Virus record (IMG/VR): IMGVR_UViG_3300020421_000004
Direction: 5' to 3' (one strand)
Source of the DNA: an uncultured virus (IMG/VR IMGVR_UViG_3300020421_000004)
Taxonomy: Duplodnaviria > Heunggongvirae > Uroviricota > Caudoviricetes
DNA length: 64,000 nt
Positions 48,667-58,898 of this stretch are shown piece by piece. Under the pieces are notes generated by a model, which ran no database searches, was not told the DNA's origin, and saw only the letters and a program-made list of their open reading frames with translations. The position numbers were made by a program, and so were the translations under genes. Each line of letters opens with the position of its first letter. Within the stretch, counting starts at the first letter, position 1.

Positions 48667-49224
48667 TTAAGCATTCCTGAAAGCCGCAGAAACAGGCGAT
48701 TGACGCATAGTACTTCGGAATTTGACTCCGGCCTTATTTTCTGTGTTGATTAGATAGTATGCTCCGTAACCTATTGCAAGCCACCCTATCATGGTATAGA
48801 CAACTGCTTTATTTTCAGTCATATATGGCCCGTCTCTATAGAACTCTGCCATTTCGTCTCTATTTTTATTCACAACTGCCATTGCCGATCTTTCTTCGCC
48901 TTTTAGTACAGACTGCTCTGTTTTCGATGCTTCCAATAGTCGAGCCTTTGAGTTTCTTTGATTTGCTAATGTAACTATTTCACCTGTGTCAGTAGTAGAA
49001 ACTATGCTTTGGTTAATTGCCTTAATCTCATCCTCTAAAGTCGCTATATCTGCGTTTACTTGAGGTAATCGCTCGGCGACTCTTTCTAAAATTGCTATAT
49101 TTTGTTGAAGAATACCTGCGTCTACACTACTTACAGGAGATGTTCTATCCCAAATCGCTTCTCTTTTCTTGGAGGAACGTATCCTCCAATAGTTATTATT
49201 TGGTATAAGACCTTCCGAAGCCAC
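48667..49224 (-). CDS. coiled-coil protein with C-terminal TM helix
   Basis: Sequence composition. Confidence 0.75.
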   Translation of the reverse strand: MASEGLIPNNNYWRIRSSKKREAIWDRTSPVSSVDAGILQQNIAILERVAERLPQVNADIATLEDEIKAINQSIVSTTDTGEIVTLANQRNSKARLLEASKTEQSVLKGEERSAMAVVNKNRDEMAEFYRDGPYMTENKAVVYTMIGWLAIGYGAYYLINTENKAGVKFRSTMRQSPVSAAFRNA

Positions 49225-49228
49225 TTAA

Positions 49229-51496
49229 TCACTTCCTGTTGGCTACATAAGCCAGTCCAGCAAGTCCAACTAATGCCAATCCTAAATGGCTGTGTGTGGC
49301 AGCAGATGTTACTGGTGTAATATCTGCTGTTGCTTGTTGAATAACGTAGGGATTGTCTTCATAATTCTGTGCTACATACGTTTGTCTAATTATTTGGTCT
49401 TCATAGAATGTCGTAGTATCTTCTCCAGCGTTTACTAGTTCATTGTAGTTTTCCGAACCAGTTTGAGCCTGTGTAATTATTGGGTCTTGATAGACTGTTG
49501 TAGTATCAGTCGTCACTACTGATGCGTCTTGCTGTAAGAATTTCAATGCATCTGCTTTTGCTTGGGCTTCTGCTGCTGCTGCTTCAGATGCTTTTTGTTC
49601 TGCAGCCCTTGCATCGGCTGCTGCTTTTTGTTCTGCAGCCCTTGCTGCTTCTTGTCTCAGAAAGTCTCGTGCAGCCTCTTTATCCGCTTTTGCTTTTGCT
49701 GCTGCTGCTTTTGCCTGCGCTGCTTTTCTTGCTTGTTCCTCTTTCTTTCGCCTAAATCTGGATGCTTCTGCTAATTTTGCCTTTGCTGCGTCTCTCTTTT
49801 TCTTTTCGTCTGCTGCGGTCATTATTGGATCTCGATAGACAGGGCCGGGCTTTGTCACGTTTTGCATCAAAGGATTTGCATCAACCCATGCTTTGGCAGC
49901 GTACGAAGCCCCCGCTGGATCTTGTTCAGACAAACGTGGTAGCGTATTCCTAGGGGTTTGAGGGTCAAACTCCGAGGTGAATGTTTGGAAAAGCCTGTTT
50001 CCTTCTCCACCGTCTGGCCCCATCGAGAAGACTTCTACTATTTGCAATATTTTGGGTACTTTCATTGTCTTTGCAGGGGTGGCGATTTTTCTCTTCGTAT
50101 CTGTTAATTGTTTTCTCAACTCACGTTGCCTGTCAAGACCCCAGTTTCCAATGCGTGCCCTAGGCGCCGCACTAAGGCCAGTAGATGGCAGCAATCCTGA
50201 ATCTACTGGAGTTGGGCGATAAAATCGACTCTGAAGGAAGTATCCCTTGTAACTCATAGGTGCTGCTGCATAGAATTGGAAACCGGCTGGTGGTTGCAAT
50301 CGGTTCTCCGCAGTCCAATTGGTTGCAGGCATTTGACTTGTTATATCGCCACCGTTACCGTTATTTGTAGGCACTTCTAACACTGGTGGTGCGTCTTGGT
50401 CGTAGAAATCGGGTGTGTTTTCTATTGTAGCAACCTCTGCTTGGAACATATCGACTGCTCTTAGGTAGTCACTAGTTGACCCAGATTCTTTCACTACCGT
50501 ACCATCTTTTCTAGATGTGATAACTTTGAATGATTTTGCTGGCATTTCTGACCATTTTGCTGATACTTCCGGTCTATTTGAAGCACTAGTATAGTCAGTA
50601 GTAACCGATGCGCTACTTGCTGCGTGGAAATCTGGTTTAGGGGCATTTCTATTTTGCTCTGCCATTTGGTCAACAGTCAATCCTAGTCCAAAGATATTCA
50701 TTATGCCGTTAAAGAACCCACTGAGTCCTGCTGCTGCTGTTGTGACTTGTAGTTTGACATCGTAGTTGGTTTTAGCGACAGAAAGTGGCTTTTTGCCTTC
50801 GTAAACTGTCTTTTTTGTGGCTAGACTCTTGAACTGTCTGTGTTTTGCCACTGCTGCTGGGCCTTGATCTTGATTAAAAGTTGCAACTTCTTTAACAACC
50901 GTTCCTTCGAAGACGCTAACCATGTATTTTCTGCTCATACCATTGTACATTGCACGGACTGTGTACTTTCCAGTAGTGAAATCTACTGGTAGAGTAACCG
51001 GCGTAAACATTTTTCTAGCCTCTTCTTGGGCTTTTAGTCTGTTAAATCGTGCTACTTCTCCAGGGTCTGTCACAGGTACGGTTGCATCCGTAGTTGATGC
51101 AGACGATGCATCGGTGAAAATTGTCATTTGTGGCTCTACTATACCGAGACTATTGTCTATTTTACTCTTTACTGCATTAACCGATTCGCCTTTTGAGCGA
51201 CCTGCTGCATTAAAAAAGTTCAAGCCCTTGCTTCCCTTAGTAACCCATGAGTTTAGGAAAGCGTTGAAAGTAGACTCTAGTTTGAATCCTCTGTATTCTT
51301 GTATATCTCCAGTCGGTGTGACAACAACCGCAGGTGCCCCTTCACGCATATTTTGCTGAGCCATTTGGTCTATTGTCATTTTGCCCATTGACTTGTATCT
51401 CTTTTTCTGATGATTTCTTCTGCCTCGATGACCTGCTGCTATGCCACTCAATGGCGTATTGGTCTCTCTATTTGAAGTACCAAACCAGCCACTCAT
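49229..51496 (-). CDS. large putative virion/membrane protein
   Basis: A/K/E coiled coil and C-terminal TM helix. Confidence 0.8.
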   Translation of the reverse strand: MSGWFGTSNRETNTPLSGIAAGHRGRRNHQKKRYKSMGKMTIDQMAQQNMREGAPAVVVTPTGDIQEYRGFKLESTFNAFLNSWVTKGSKGLNFFNAAGRSKGESVNAVKSKIDNSLGIVEPQMTIFTDASSASTTDATVPVTDPGEVARFNRLKAQEEARKMFTPVTLPVDFTTGKYTVRAMYNGMSRKYMVSVFEGTVVKEVATFNQDQGPAAVAKHRQFKSLATKKTVYEGKKPLSVAKTNYDVKLQVTTAAAGLSGFFNGIMNIFGLGLTVDQMAEQNRNAPKPDFHAASSASVTTDYTSASNRPEVSAKWSEMPAKSFKVITSRKDGTVVKESGSTSDYLRAVDMFQAEVATIENTPDFYDQDAPPVLEVPTNNGNGGDITSQMPATNWTAENRLQPPAGFQFYAAAPMSYKGYFLQSRFYRPTPVDSGLLPSTGLSAAPRARIGNWGLDRQRELRKQLTDTKRKIATPAKTMKVPKILQIVEVFSMGPDGGEGNRLFQTFTSEFDPQTPRNTLPRLSEQDPAGASYAAKAWVDANPLMQNVTKPGPVYRDPIMTAADEKKKRDAAKAKLAEASRFRRKKEEQARKAAQAKAAAAKAKADKEAARDFLRQEAARAAEQKAAADARAAEQKASEAAAAEAQAKADALKFLQQDASVVTTDTTTVYQDPIITQAQTGSENYNELVNAGEDTTTFYEDQIIRQTYVAQNYEDNPYVIQQATADITPVTSAATHSHLGLALVGLAGLAYVANRK

Positions 51497-52089
51497 CTAA
51501 ACTGCCTCCTAATACGAGAACCAAAGAAATATGCGCCACCTAAGTGTACTGCGCCTATGGTTCCATATCGGGGATACTTTGCTAACCAGTGGTCTTGCCC
51601 TGGAATACCTTTGAGTAAGCCGTGATTTACTCCCAATGTTGGATGTAAATACGCTGCTCCACCGAGGTACATTGCTGTGTTGGCATATGGTGTTGGCACA
51701 CCTCTCTTACCAATCTTGTACATACCTAGTAAAAGAAGTGACGTTGCACCTACGGATTTGACAATTGCTGTCATTTTTGGTGAACCCATGCTATCGTCGT
51801 CTGCATAGAATGGTATTATTGGATGCCAATATTTAGGCTCAGTAGGTTCGGAAGTAATTGGTAATGTATAACCCATATTTGGGTGATTTACTCCAGATGC
51901 ATTACTTGAAGGAGGTGTTTGAGACGCTTGTCTAGGTCTAGTAGTTACTTTTGGTGCGCTTTCTTGACGAGACTGCCTCATTCTAGGGTTTGCTTCATTT
52001 GGCATTCCACCTAAGAATCCAGAGAAGTCTATCATTCCTTCTTCTTCTTCGTCATCTTGGTATAGATTTGACCTGTGGAAACTACTCAT
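51493..52089 (-). CDS. membrane protein
   Basis: Hydrophobic C-terminal half. Confidence 0.75.
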   Translation of the reverse strand: MSSFHRSNLYQDDEEEEGMIDFSGFLGGMPNEANPRMRQSRQESAPKVTTRPRQASQTPPSSNASGVNHPNMGYTLPITSEPTEPKYWHPIIPFYADDDSMGSPKMTAIVKSVGATSLLLLGMYKIGKRGVPTPYANTAMYLGGAAYLHPTLGVNHGLLKGIPGQDHWLAKYPRYGTIGAVHLGGAYFFGSRIRRQFR

Positions 52090-52093
52090 TTAA

Positions 52094-52459
52094 TCACCTG
52101 TTTGCTCTATTTATTAATATCAAAGTTCCTGCACCCAGTAAAACTGCTTGTGTAGTTTGTTTTGGTTGATCGATTCTTCTCTTAACCCAGTCGATGGTTC
52201 CTTCTGCGTAGGGAAAATTAAGCCCTACGTATATCATACCTAACGCAATAATACCTGCGCCACCTAATGCTTCTGTTGGAAAGATTGCTCCCAAGCCTTG
52301 TTTTTCACCTAAAGCAGTGGTTTTCTTATATTTTAGATGTGCTCTAGGATTGTGGTACTGAGCCATTTCTCCCATTGGGGCGTACGCTGGCAGAGACCCG
52401 TTTGGGGTGTTCCCAAACTCTCGCGCTATCATATTTTGATGAGTACGACTACCTACCAT
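52094..52459 (-). CDS. membrane protein
   Basis: Two TM-like segments. Confidence 0.75.
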   Translation of the reverse strand: MVGSRTHQNMIAREFGNTPNGSLPAYAPMGEMAQYHNPRAHLKYKKTTALGEKQGLGAIFPTEALGGAGIIALGMIYVGLNFPYAEGTIDWVKRRIDQPKQTTQAVLLGAGTLILINRANR

Positions 52460-52502
52460 CTATCTATCCCAAGGGGGACTATAACTTAAGCGGTTCGCTT
52501 AC

Positions 52503-53243
52503 TTACTGCATTGCATTAGGTTGTTGGTACATACCTTGTTGCTGTGGATATTGCTGATATTGGTTATAGTTTGGTGCAGGTGGTAAACCTAGTGAGCCTC
52601 TAAGTAGAGTCGAACCGAAACTACCTAACGCACCACTAATACCTTGTGGTTGTTGCTGTTGCATCATTTGTTGTTGATACATTTGTTGCTGGAACATCTG
52701 TTGCTGCTGATCCATACCAGCCTGCATACCGCCCATTTGCATACCATATTTATGTTGATTGATTAAACCAATTGCTTCAGCGTCTGCTGCATTGATTCTT
52801 TGTTGTCCAGCATCCACAGAGTACATCTTACCTAAGATGTTGTCTATATTCTCTTGAGTTATTGTTGAATAACCTAATTCTGCTGCCGTAGCAGCGTTTA
52901 CTGATGCTGCTATTGCCTCCGAATTGAACCATATATACAATTCTCTCTTCATAATGGTGGATATCAATTCTGCTAGTCCAGATAAGAATTCTGGATTCCC
53001 TACGAAGAATAAATCTACTTCGTTTGGATGACGAGCCATCAGATGATACATTAGTTCTATTTCTTCTGTGTTGACTCCTCCACCAGTCATCTGGTCTAGC
53101 ATTCCCATGCCCATTCCAGTCAGTCCCGAGTTATTCGCTGCTTGAGCGAACATATTCATTTGATCTTGCGAAATACCGCCTCCGACACCTGGCGGTACTA
53201 ACGCCGCTGCGGAGGTTGTGCTGCTTCTTCCGAACAATCCCAT
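52503..53243 (-). CDS. Gln/Met/Gly-rich protein
   Basis: Low-complexity termini. Confidence 0.8.
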   Translation of the reverse strand: MGLFGRSSTTSAAALVPPGVGGGISQDQMNMFAQAANNSGLTGMGMGMLDQMTGGGVNTEEIELMYHLMARHPNEVDLFFVGNPEFLSGLAELISTIMKRELYIWFNSEAIAASVNAATAAELGYSTITQENIDNILGKMYSVDAGQQRINAADAEAIGLINQHKYGMQMGGMQAGMDQQQQMFQQQMYQQQMMQQQQPQGISGALGSFGSTLLRGSLGLPPAPNYNQYQQYPQQQGMYQQPNAMQ

Positions 53244-53285
53244 GTTATAGCCACCCTAGTCCTTTGTATTGAACGTTTCTCATAA

Positions 53286-54029
53286 TTATCGCCTCTGCAT
53301 TTCTTCTAAAACCTTGTAATATTCCGCCATGTCCATCGTTTTCATCGTATTATGGCGTGGTGCAGTGTTTTTCAGTACCCTATTGTCAAAGACTAACATA
53401 GTTATGTCATTCTCCTTTGTAATTGGGTTTTTATAATGAACAAGTTGTATGCCGTCTTTCATAGCCTCTTGAATAATAGGTGTCCATTTAACGATTAAAG
53501 GGTGCTCTGGTTCTTCTGCCTGTCTAACAATAGGTACGAATGCAATTCCTTTCTTTGCCATCGAAGAAAAGAATCCTGGGTCTGACTCTCTTTCTTCTTG
53601 TTCTATCCACTCCATTAGATTATGATACAGCATCATATGTTGCGGGCAATATGTTCCAGACATTTTCCTGCCTTTCTGTGGTAATACTCCCGTTGTTGGT
53701 CTGAATGGTTCTATTTCAAGTGTGATTGGATCTCTAAAATATTGGTCAAATAAGTCACCATAGTCTGCTTTTATGCAATCTATACCGTCACAAACGCACT
53801 CATGTGGCTTGGTATGTCTATGCTTACCTCTAAGAAGTCTTTTTGGTGAAAATATGCTTCTTTTATTTGGCTTCAATGCTTTAATTGCAGCCTTGATATT
53901 TGCTCTTCTTGCCTTTCTTGGGTCAGGATTTGCAGACATTCTAAAGTCTACCTGTGCTACTACGTCGTTATATCCACCTGCATCTAGTGCAGGATTTTGC
54001 ATCATGTCTAATATTTCTCTGTTTGTCAT
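53286..54029 (-). CDS. hypothetical protein coupled to the GTPase
   Basis: ATGA overlap; CxC...CxxH. Confidence 0.75.
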   Translation of the reverse strand: MTNREILDMMQNPALDAGGYNDVVAQVDFRMSANPDPRKARRANIKAAIKALKPNKRSIFSPKRLLRGKHRHTKPHECVCDGIDCIKADYGDLFDQYFRDPITLEIEPFRPTTGVLPQKGRKMSGTYCPQHMMLYHNLMEWIEQEERESDPGFFSSMAKKGIAFVPIVRQAEEPEHPLIVKWTPIIQEAMKDGIQLVHYKNPITKENDITMLVFDNRVLKNTAPRHNTMKTMDMAEYYKVLEEMQRR

Positions 54030-54745
54030 ATTGATAGCCCCTTGATTAAAGCGTCCTGTACATTCCATCCGTATTTTGCACTAACCGCATCCATATATAC
54101 AGGAACATTCATGGCTTGTAAGCGGTAAAAGTCTTCTCTAAATACGTCGAATATTTGGTGACGGGCGATAAAACCCTTTTCCCATGTAGCGTGGTCAGCA
54201 TCTGTCATCCAATCGTCTGCTTTATTGGCAAGTACGACTACTCTTTTTGGATAGTATTTCTTTGCTCGCCACCAACCTCTCCAAGTGAGTCCTCTAGGAG
54301 TATTATTCTTATCGCTTAATGCTCTTACTAAATACCCTAGAGCAGTTTGATTATCTACATTATTAGTATCCATTAGGTGTCTATTATCTATTACTAATAC
54401 TACACTACTACAGTTACGGTTAATCATATCTCTCAACCATGTTGAATGGTACTCTATATGACCGCCCAAGTCTCTAGAAACAATTGTTCTTGCTAAACCA
54501 TCTGAACGTATTCGCTTCTTAGTTGCGTCAGGTAACTTATACCTGCCTAACCAGTCTTTACTATGATGAGTACGGTCTTTGTCGTATAGTTTTCTTATTT
54601 CGCCTCTAGTGGTTAATTGCCCATCAAGAGTCGTCTTACCACTATTACTTGCGCCAATAACACTTATCTCATAAGGAACTAATGTCAAAACGCCAGCCAT
54701 GACTCTCCATACGCCGTGTGCTAAGATGATTTCTGCTGAGCCCAT
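54026..54745 (-). CDS. Ras/Arf-superfamily small GTPase
   Basis: G1 GASNSGKT, G3 DLGGH, G4 NKAD, G5 SAK. Confidence 0.88.
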   Translation of the reverse strand: MGSAEIILAHGVWRVMAGVLTLVPYEISVIGASNSGKTTLDGQLTTRGEIRKLYDKDRTHHSKDWLGRYKLPDATKKRIRSDGLARTIVSRDLGGHIEYHSTWLRDMINRNCSSVVLVIDNRHLMDTNNVDNQTALGYLVRALSDKNNTPRGLTWRGWWRAKKYYPKRVVVLANKADDWMTDADHATWEKGFIARHQIFDVFREDFYRLQAMNVPVYMDAVSAKYGWNVQDALIKGLSI

Positions 54746-54749
54746 TCTA

Positions 54750-54983
54750 TCACACCCCTATTATTGCAGTAAATAACCAATCTACTATGCCAGTATGGTC
54801 TGTTGTTTTGTAAACAATATAATCTGTTATGGCTATACCAAGCCCAGACCCGATACCAGATGCCACAGTATAGACCATCCACTTCATTGTAAGATAGCGA
54901 TACTGCCAAGTTAGTCCGACCGCAGTTGTTTGCATCATTGCTTGCTGTTGGTCGTCTCTTTCATCATTGAATATTAGACCCAT
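54750..54983 (-). CDS. small membrane protein
   Basis: TM helix with GxGxGxG. Confidence 0.7.
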   Translation of the reverse strand: MGLIFNDERDDQQQAMMQTTAVGLTWQYRYLTMKWMVYTVASGIGSGLGIAITDYIVYKTTDHTGIVDWLFTAIIGV

Positions 54984-55055
54984 GCTGATGACACCATCCC
55001 GACCTCGTCATTCTCTCGCATTGTGTTCCCATATCTGTTATTGCTTGGCATTGTA

Positions 55056-55790
55056 TTAATTCGTCTTTGCCGGATCCAGATCCAATGTGCTTTGTTGCAC
55101 TGGTTGCTGAATCTGGAATTGGCCTAAAGGGGCTTGTGTGACTGTTAGTGGTGTCGGTGTCAAAGATGGCCCCATTGGTATCGGGCCAATTCTGTGACGG
55201 TCTAAACCTAGTTGCTTTGCTAGTGCTTCTAAATCATATTGCATATTAGCATTGACACTTGGTACTTGTTGGTCTAATTGTTGTACTTGTTGATATTGTT
55301 GTTGAAGAACGTTTTGTTCGCCTGGAGTTAACATACCATCTGCTTGTGCCATCATTGCACTTTGTTGGAATTGCTGTATTTGTTGGTCTAACATCCATTC
55401 TGTACGCTGTTTATCAACTTCATACTTAATTTGTGCCATTCTTCTCTTGTTCTTATTCTTCATTCGCTTAATATTGCGTCTGTAATTAGTAGAATCCTCA
55501 AACATTGTTCTGTAAAGTAAGTAAAGAGATGCTTGGAAACAGAATGCAAGCATACCGTAAAGTAAAGCAGATTGCCATACTTGGTCAAACTTGCCCCATG
55601 ACCAACTTTCGTATAACATAAGTGCTAAAGCAAGGAAAACAGACTGAACCATCATCGATCCAATGAGTCTATTCTCTTGTTCTTTCTGCATTTGAACGAT
55701 ATCTTCGTTCGTCATATCAGTATACTGCGGGCTTGCACCTTGAGTAAACATGGCATCTGTTAGTGGGTTTCTTGTTGGGTCAATTGGCAT
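55056..55790 (-). CDS. two-TM coiled-coil Gln-rich protein
   Basis: Sequence composition. Confidence 0.8.
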   Translation of the reverse strand: MPIDPTRNPLTDAMFTQGASPQYTDMTNEDIVQMQKEQENRLIGSMMVQSVFLALALMLYESWSWGKFDQVWQSALLYGMLAFCFQASLYLLYRTMFEDSTNYRRNIKRMKNKNKRRMAQIKYEVDKQRTEWMLDQQIQQFQQSAMMAQADGMLTPGEQNVLQQQYQQVQQLDQQVPSVNANMQYDLEALAKQLGLDRHRIGPIPMGPSLTPTPLTVTQAPLGQFQIQQPVQQSTLDLDPAKTN

Positions 55791-55932
55791 TTCTTTTCCT
55801 CCTTAATCAATAATGTAAAGACGGTCAGTCTTATCGTTGCTAAATATAGCAACTCCAGATTCGTCTTGAACCATTAGAATATAACTTACGCCGGTTTCTT
55901 TCAGCGCCACTAGTGCAGCATTGACTTTAGTT

Positions 55933-57486
55933 TTAGTATTGGTATCCATCTTCTCCAATCTCCGGTCCTCTTTGCATTTCGATAATGTTATCGATGCGGA
56001 GTAACTGAGAAGCAATATCAGTAGCACTATCAAGTGCTTGTGATACTACACTTAGTGGTTCAATGACACCCATTTCTAGCATATCTACTCCTCCTCCGTT
56101 CTCCACGTCCACTCCGTTGGAGTGGCCTGCTGCAGATGCATGGAGTTGGCGCAAGCGAATAAGGGTATCTAATGGATCTAAACCACTATTTTCAGCCAAA
56201 GCCGCGGGAATTACTTCCAATGCTTGAGCATAAGACTCAACAGCCATTTGCTCTCTTCCACTAACAGTTGCAGCGAATTCTCGTAAGTTTTTAGACAAGT
56301 GTAAGTAAGGTGCACCACCGCCTGCAAGGACTTTTCCATGCTCCATAGCAACACTGATGACGCCGATTGCATCATCGAATGCCCTACCTATTTCATCGAC
56401 AGAATGCAATGTTGGTGCTCTTAGTAATACTGATACTGAGCCAGCAGTTTCTATTTCGGTCAATTTAATCAATGGTTTCTCACCAACAGCGACTTCTTCT
56501 AGGAGTCCAACTGTGGCAAGGTCTGATGCTTTCAGTCCATCAATTGCAGAAACCATTCTGCCTTTCCCTGCTTTTGCAACCGCTTCCATGTCACTCATGG
56601 CAACTCTTCTTGCTGCGTAAACTCCTTTCTGTGCAAATATTTCTACAACAAATGGGTCTATATCTCTCTTACAGAGAACAACATTGGCCCCACTGTCAAG
56701 TATGGTCTCAGCAATTTCTTGTAACTGAGCCTTTCTACTTTCGATAAACTCTTTTACAGCGTTGTTATCGTTTACTTGAATCTGCAACTGTTGCGCAAAC
56801 TCTGGCAGTGTAACGTCAACGCTAATCAAAGCAATCTTTGCATCTTTAACAGAGTCCGGCATATTGTGATCCATCTTTTCTCTGTCAATAAGAAGCCCAG
56901 AGATAGCAAGTGAATCTTTTACTTTACCATTCGGTCTTTTTACGATGTTGATATTATCTAAAGTAGTGGACTTGATTACGTCTAGTGCGATTTGTGCTAA
57001 TTGGTCTTGTTCTGCTTCTGCACTTTTACCTGTCATAGCAGTCTTACCTACACTTAGTAGCAAATCATCTGTAACATCTACACCTATCTCTTCTAACAAA
57101 GACTGTGCTTTCTTGTTAGCCAAAGTGTATCCTTTAGCAATGCGTGTAGGATGGATTTTAAGATTGAGCAGGTCTTTTGCCTTAGACATTAATTCTCCAG
57201 TAATTACAACTGAACTAGTTGTACCATCAAAGCAGTTTTCTTCTTGCGTACGTGCTACTTCTGTAATTATTCTAGCAGTAGGGTGGTGTAATTTTGTTTC
57301 TCTAAGAATTGTTGCACCGTCATTGGTCATAACAACTACGCCAGCAGGGTCTACCATCTCTTTGTCCATTCCATATGGCCCTAGAGTTGATTTTACTAAG
57401 TTAGCCAATTGTATTGCGACTTGAATATTAATATCGTGTGCCGATACTACTGGTGCGTTTTGCTTTGCGTCAACTACTGTTGCCAT
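55933..57486 (-). CDS. ths: group II chaperonin (thermosome subunit)
   Basis: STLGPYGMDK, TNDGATIL, DGTTS, GGGA, LAENSGLD, LLRID. Confidence 0.96.
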   Translation of the reverse strand: MATVVDAKQNAPVVSAHDINIQVAIQLANLVKSTLGPYGMDKEMVDPAGVVVMTNDGATILRETKLHHPTARIITEVARTQEENCFDGTTSSVVITGELMSKAKDLLNLKIHPTRIAKGYTLANKKAQSLLEEIGVDVTDDLLLSVGKTAMTGKSAEAEQDQLAQIALDVIKSTTLDNINIVKRPNGKVKDSLAISGLLIDREKMDHNMPDSVKDAKIALISVDVTLPEFAQQLQIQVNDNNAVKEFIESRKAQLQEIAETILDSGANVVLCKRDIDPFVVEIFAQKGVYAARRVAMSDMEAVAKAGKGRMVSAIDGLKASDLATVGLLEEVAVGEKPLIKLTEIETAGSVSVLLRAPTLHSVDEIGRAFDDAIGVISVAMEHGKVLAGGGAPYLHLSKNLREFAATVSGREQMAVESYAQALEVIPAALAENSGLDPLDTLIRLRQLHASAAGHSNGVDVENGGGVDMLEMGVIEPLSVVSQALDSATDIASQLLRIDNIIEMQRGPEIGEDGYQY

Positions 57487-57488
57487 AC

Positions 57489-57881
57489 TTATTCCTCCAT
57501 TAATTCTTTGATTGCTACGTTATTTTCAAACACTGTTGTACCATCTGCTGTCTTCTTTGAAGCAAATGTTTCTTTTGTTTCTTCAACTACTTCTGCTGTT
57601 TCAACCACTACTTTTGGTGGTTCACCAATAAATACGGGTCCTCCTTGCGGTTCACTGACTGGTGCTGCTGTTAGTGCAGACTGAAATCTCTTCATCATGT
57701 CAAAAGAAAACTCTACCATAGCCATTCCTCGTGGCTGGATGTTTGCTTCTAAAAAGTTGTAAACGAAAAGTGCTTGACCTCTCGTCAATTTCATATCAAT
57801 TTCTTCTTGATATACTGGGTCCAGTATATTTATCTGCTGGCTTTCTGGTTGTGTTTCTGCTGGTGCTGCATCTTCAGGCAT
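57489..57881 (-). CDS. hypothetical protein
   Basis: ORF with upstream TTTATAT. Confidence 0.7.
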   Translation of the reverse strand: MPEDAAPAETQPESQQINILDPVYQEEIDMKLTRGQALFVYNFLEANIQPRGMAMVEFSFDMMKRFQSALTAAPVSEPQGGPVFIGEPPKVVVETAEVVEETKETFASKKTADGTTVFENNVAIKELMEE

Positions 57882-57925
57882 AAAACAAACTTGGCTTACT
57901 TTTTGATATAAAGATTACTAGGTTA

Positions 57926-58288
57926 TCAGCAATCTGTAGCGTCAGTCCAACCATCTGCTGTTTTCAGTCTCAGATAACACTGCTTAATTAGATTATACTG
58001 GTTTTTACTGCCTGCAGTATCTATGTTAAATCTTCCATTGAACCCACCAATGGCTGACTTATCTTCATCATAGGCATTTTTATCTGCCCATACTTTGACT
58101 TTGAATCTAACTACAAACTCTTTTGTCACAATCCATTCGTTGTTTGGATTTGGTACTCCTGGTTCGTTTTCATCGTACTCATGCCAAACCCTATTTACTA
58201 TTTTATTTGTAGTTACATCTACAACTGTCGCATATGCATTATCACAAACGATTCCGTACGGTGTTTCCCATTCTAGTTGTAGTGCCAT
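57926..58288 (-). CDS. tail-fibre-associated hypothetical protein
   Basis: Context; C-terminal Y..LK...W.DA.DC pattern. Confidence 0.6.
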   Translation of the reverse strand: MALQLEWETPYGIVCDNAYATVVDVTTNKIVNRVWHEYDENEPGVPNPNNEWIVTKEFVVRFKVKVWADKNAYDEDKSAIGGFNGRFNIDTAGSKNQYNLIKQCYLRLKTADGWTDATDC

Positions 58289-58332
58289 ATTCTTTCCTCC
58301 TTATCTATTAATATAAATCATTCTATTACTAT

Positions 58333-58893
58333 TTATTGGAAGATGTAAGTGATTTCTACTTCATCTGCGGCAGTTGAGCCGTGAGCGTTAGTAGCCGTAC
58401 AATTTATTTTTATTGTTAATTCCATACCATTTGAAGGGAAGGTAGTACCACCTTTACCACCTGCAAACTGCCATTTAACCCTTTCACCTACACCACTACT
58501 ACCTGTTGCATCTTGATTTGTTGAAGCCGTTCCTATAACAGCCAAAGATAAATTATTCACACTTGTGTTTGAACCAAGTGATACATCCCATAAAAATGAT
58601 GTCGCACCTGTCGCCCTACAATATCCTTGGAATACAAATATCTCTTGAGGACTTACACCAGTAAATGCACTTGCCATATGATTACCTTGTAATTGTTCAA
58701 TCCAAGCACCACTGATAAAACTAGAACCGTCATCCTCAAAAAAAGTAAGATTTGAACCCGCAGAAGAATCAACTATAACTGCATCATCATAATTACCACT
58801 AGAAGAAGTTGCTATACTTACATTAGTAGGAGCAGAAGGAGTAGCAGTTTGTCCTTCTTGCGCAATTGTTCCTATTACTGCGGGCATTATCAT
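58333..58893 (-). CDS. putative structural protein
   Basis: G/S/T-rich beta protein next to the fibre gene. Confidence 0.65.
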   Translation of the reverse strand: MIMPAVIGTIAQEGQTATPSAPTNVSIATSSSGNYDDAVIVDSSAGSNLTFFEDDGSSFISGAWIEQLQGNHMASAFTGVSPQEIFVFQGYCRATGATSFLWDVSLGSNTSVNNLSLAVIGTASTNQDATGSSGVGERVKWQFAGGKGGTTFPSNGMELTIKINCTATNAHGSTAADEVEITYIFQ

Positions 58894-58898
58894 TTTAA

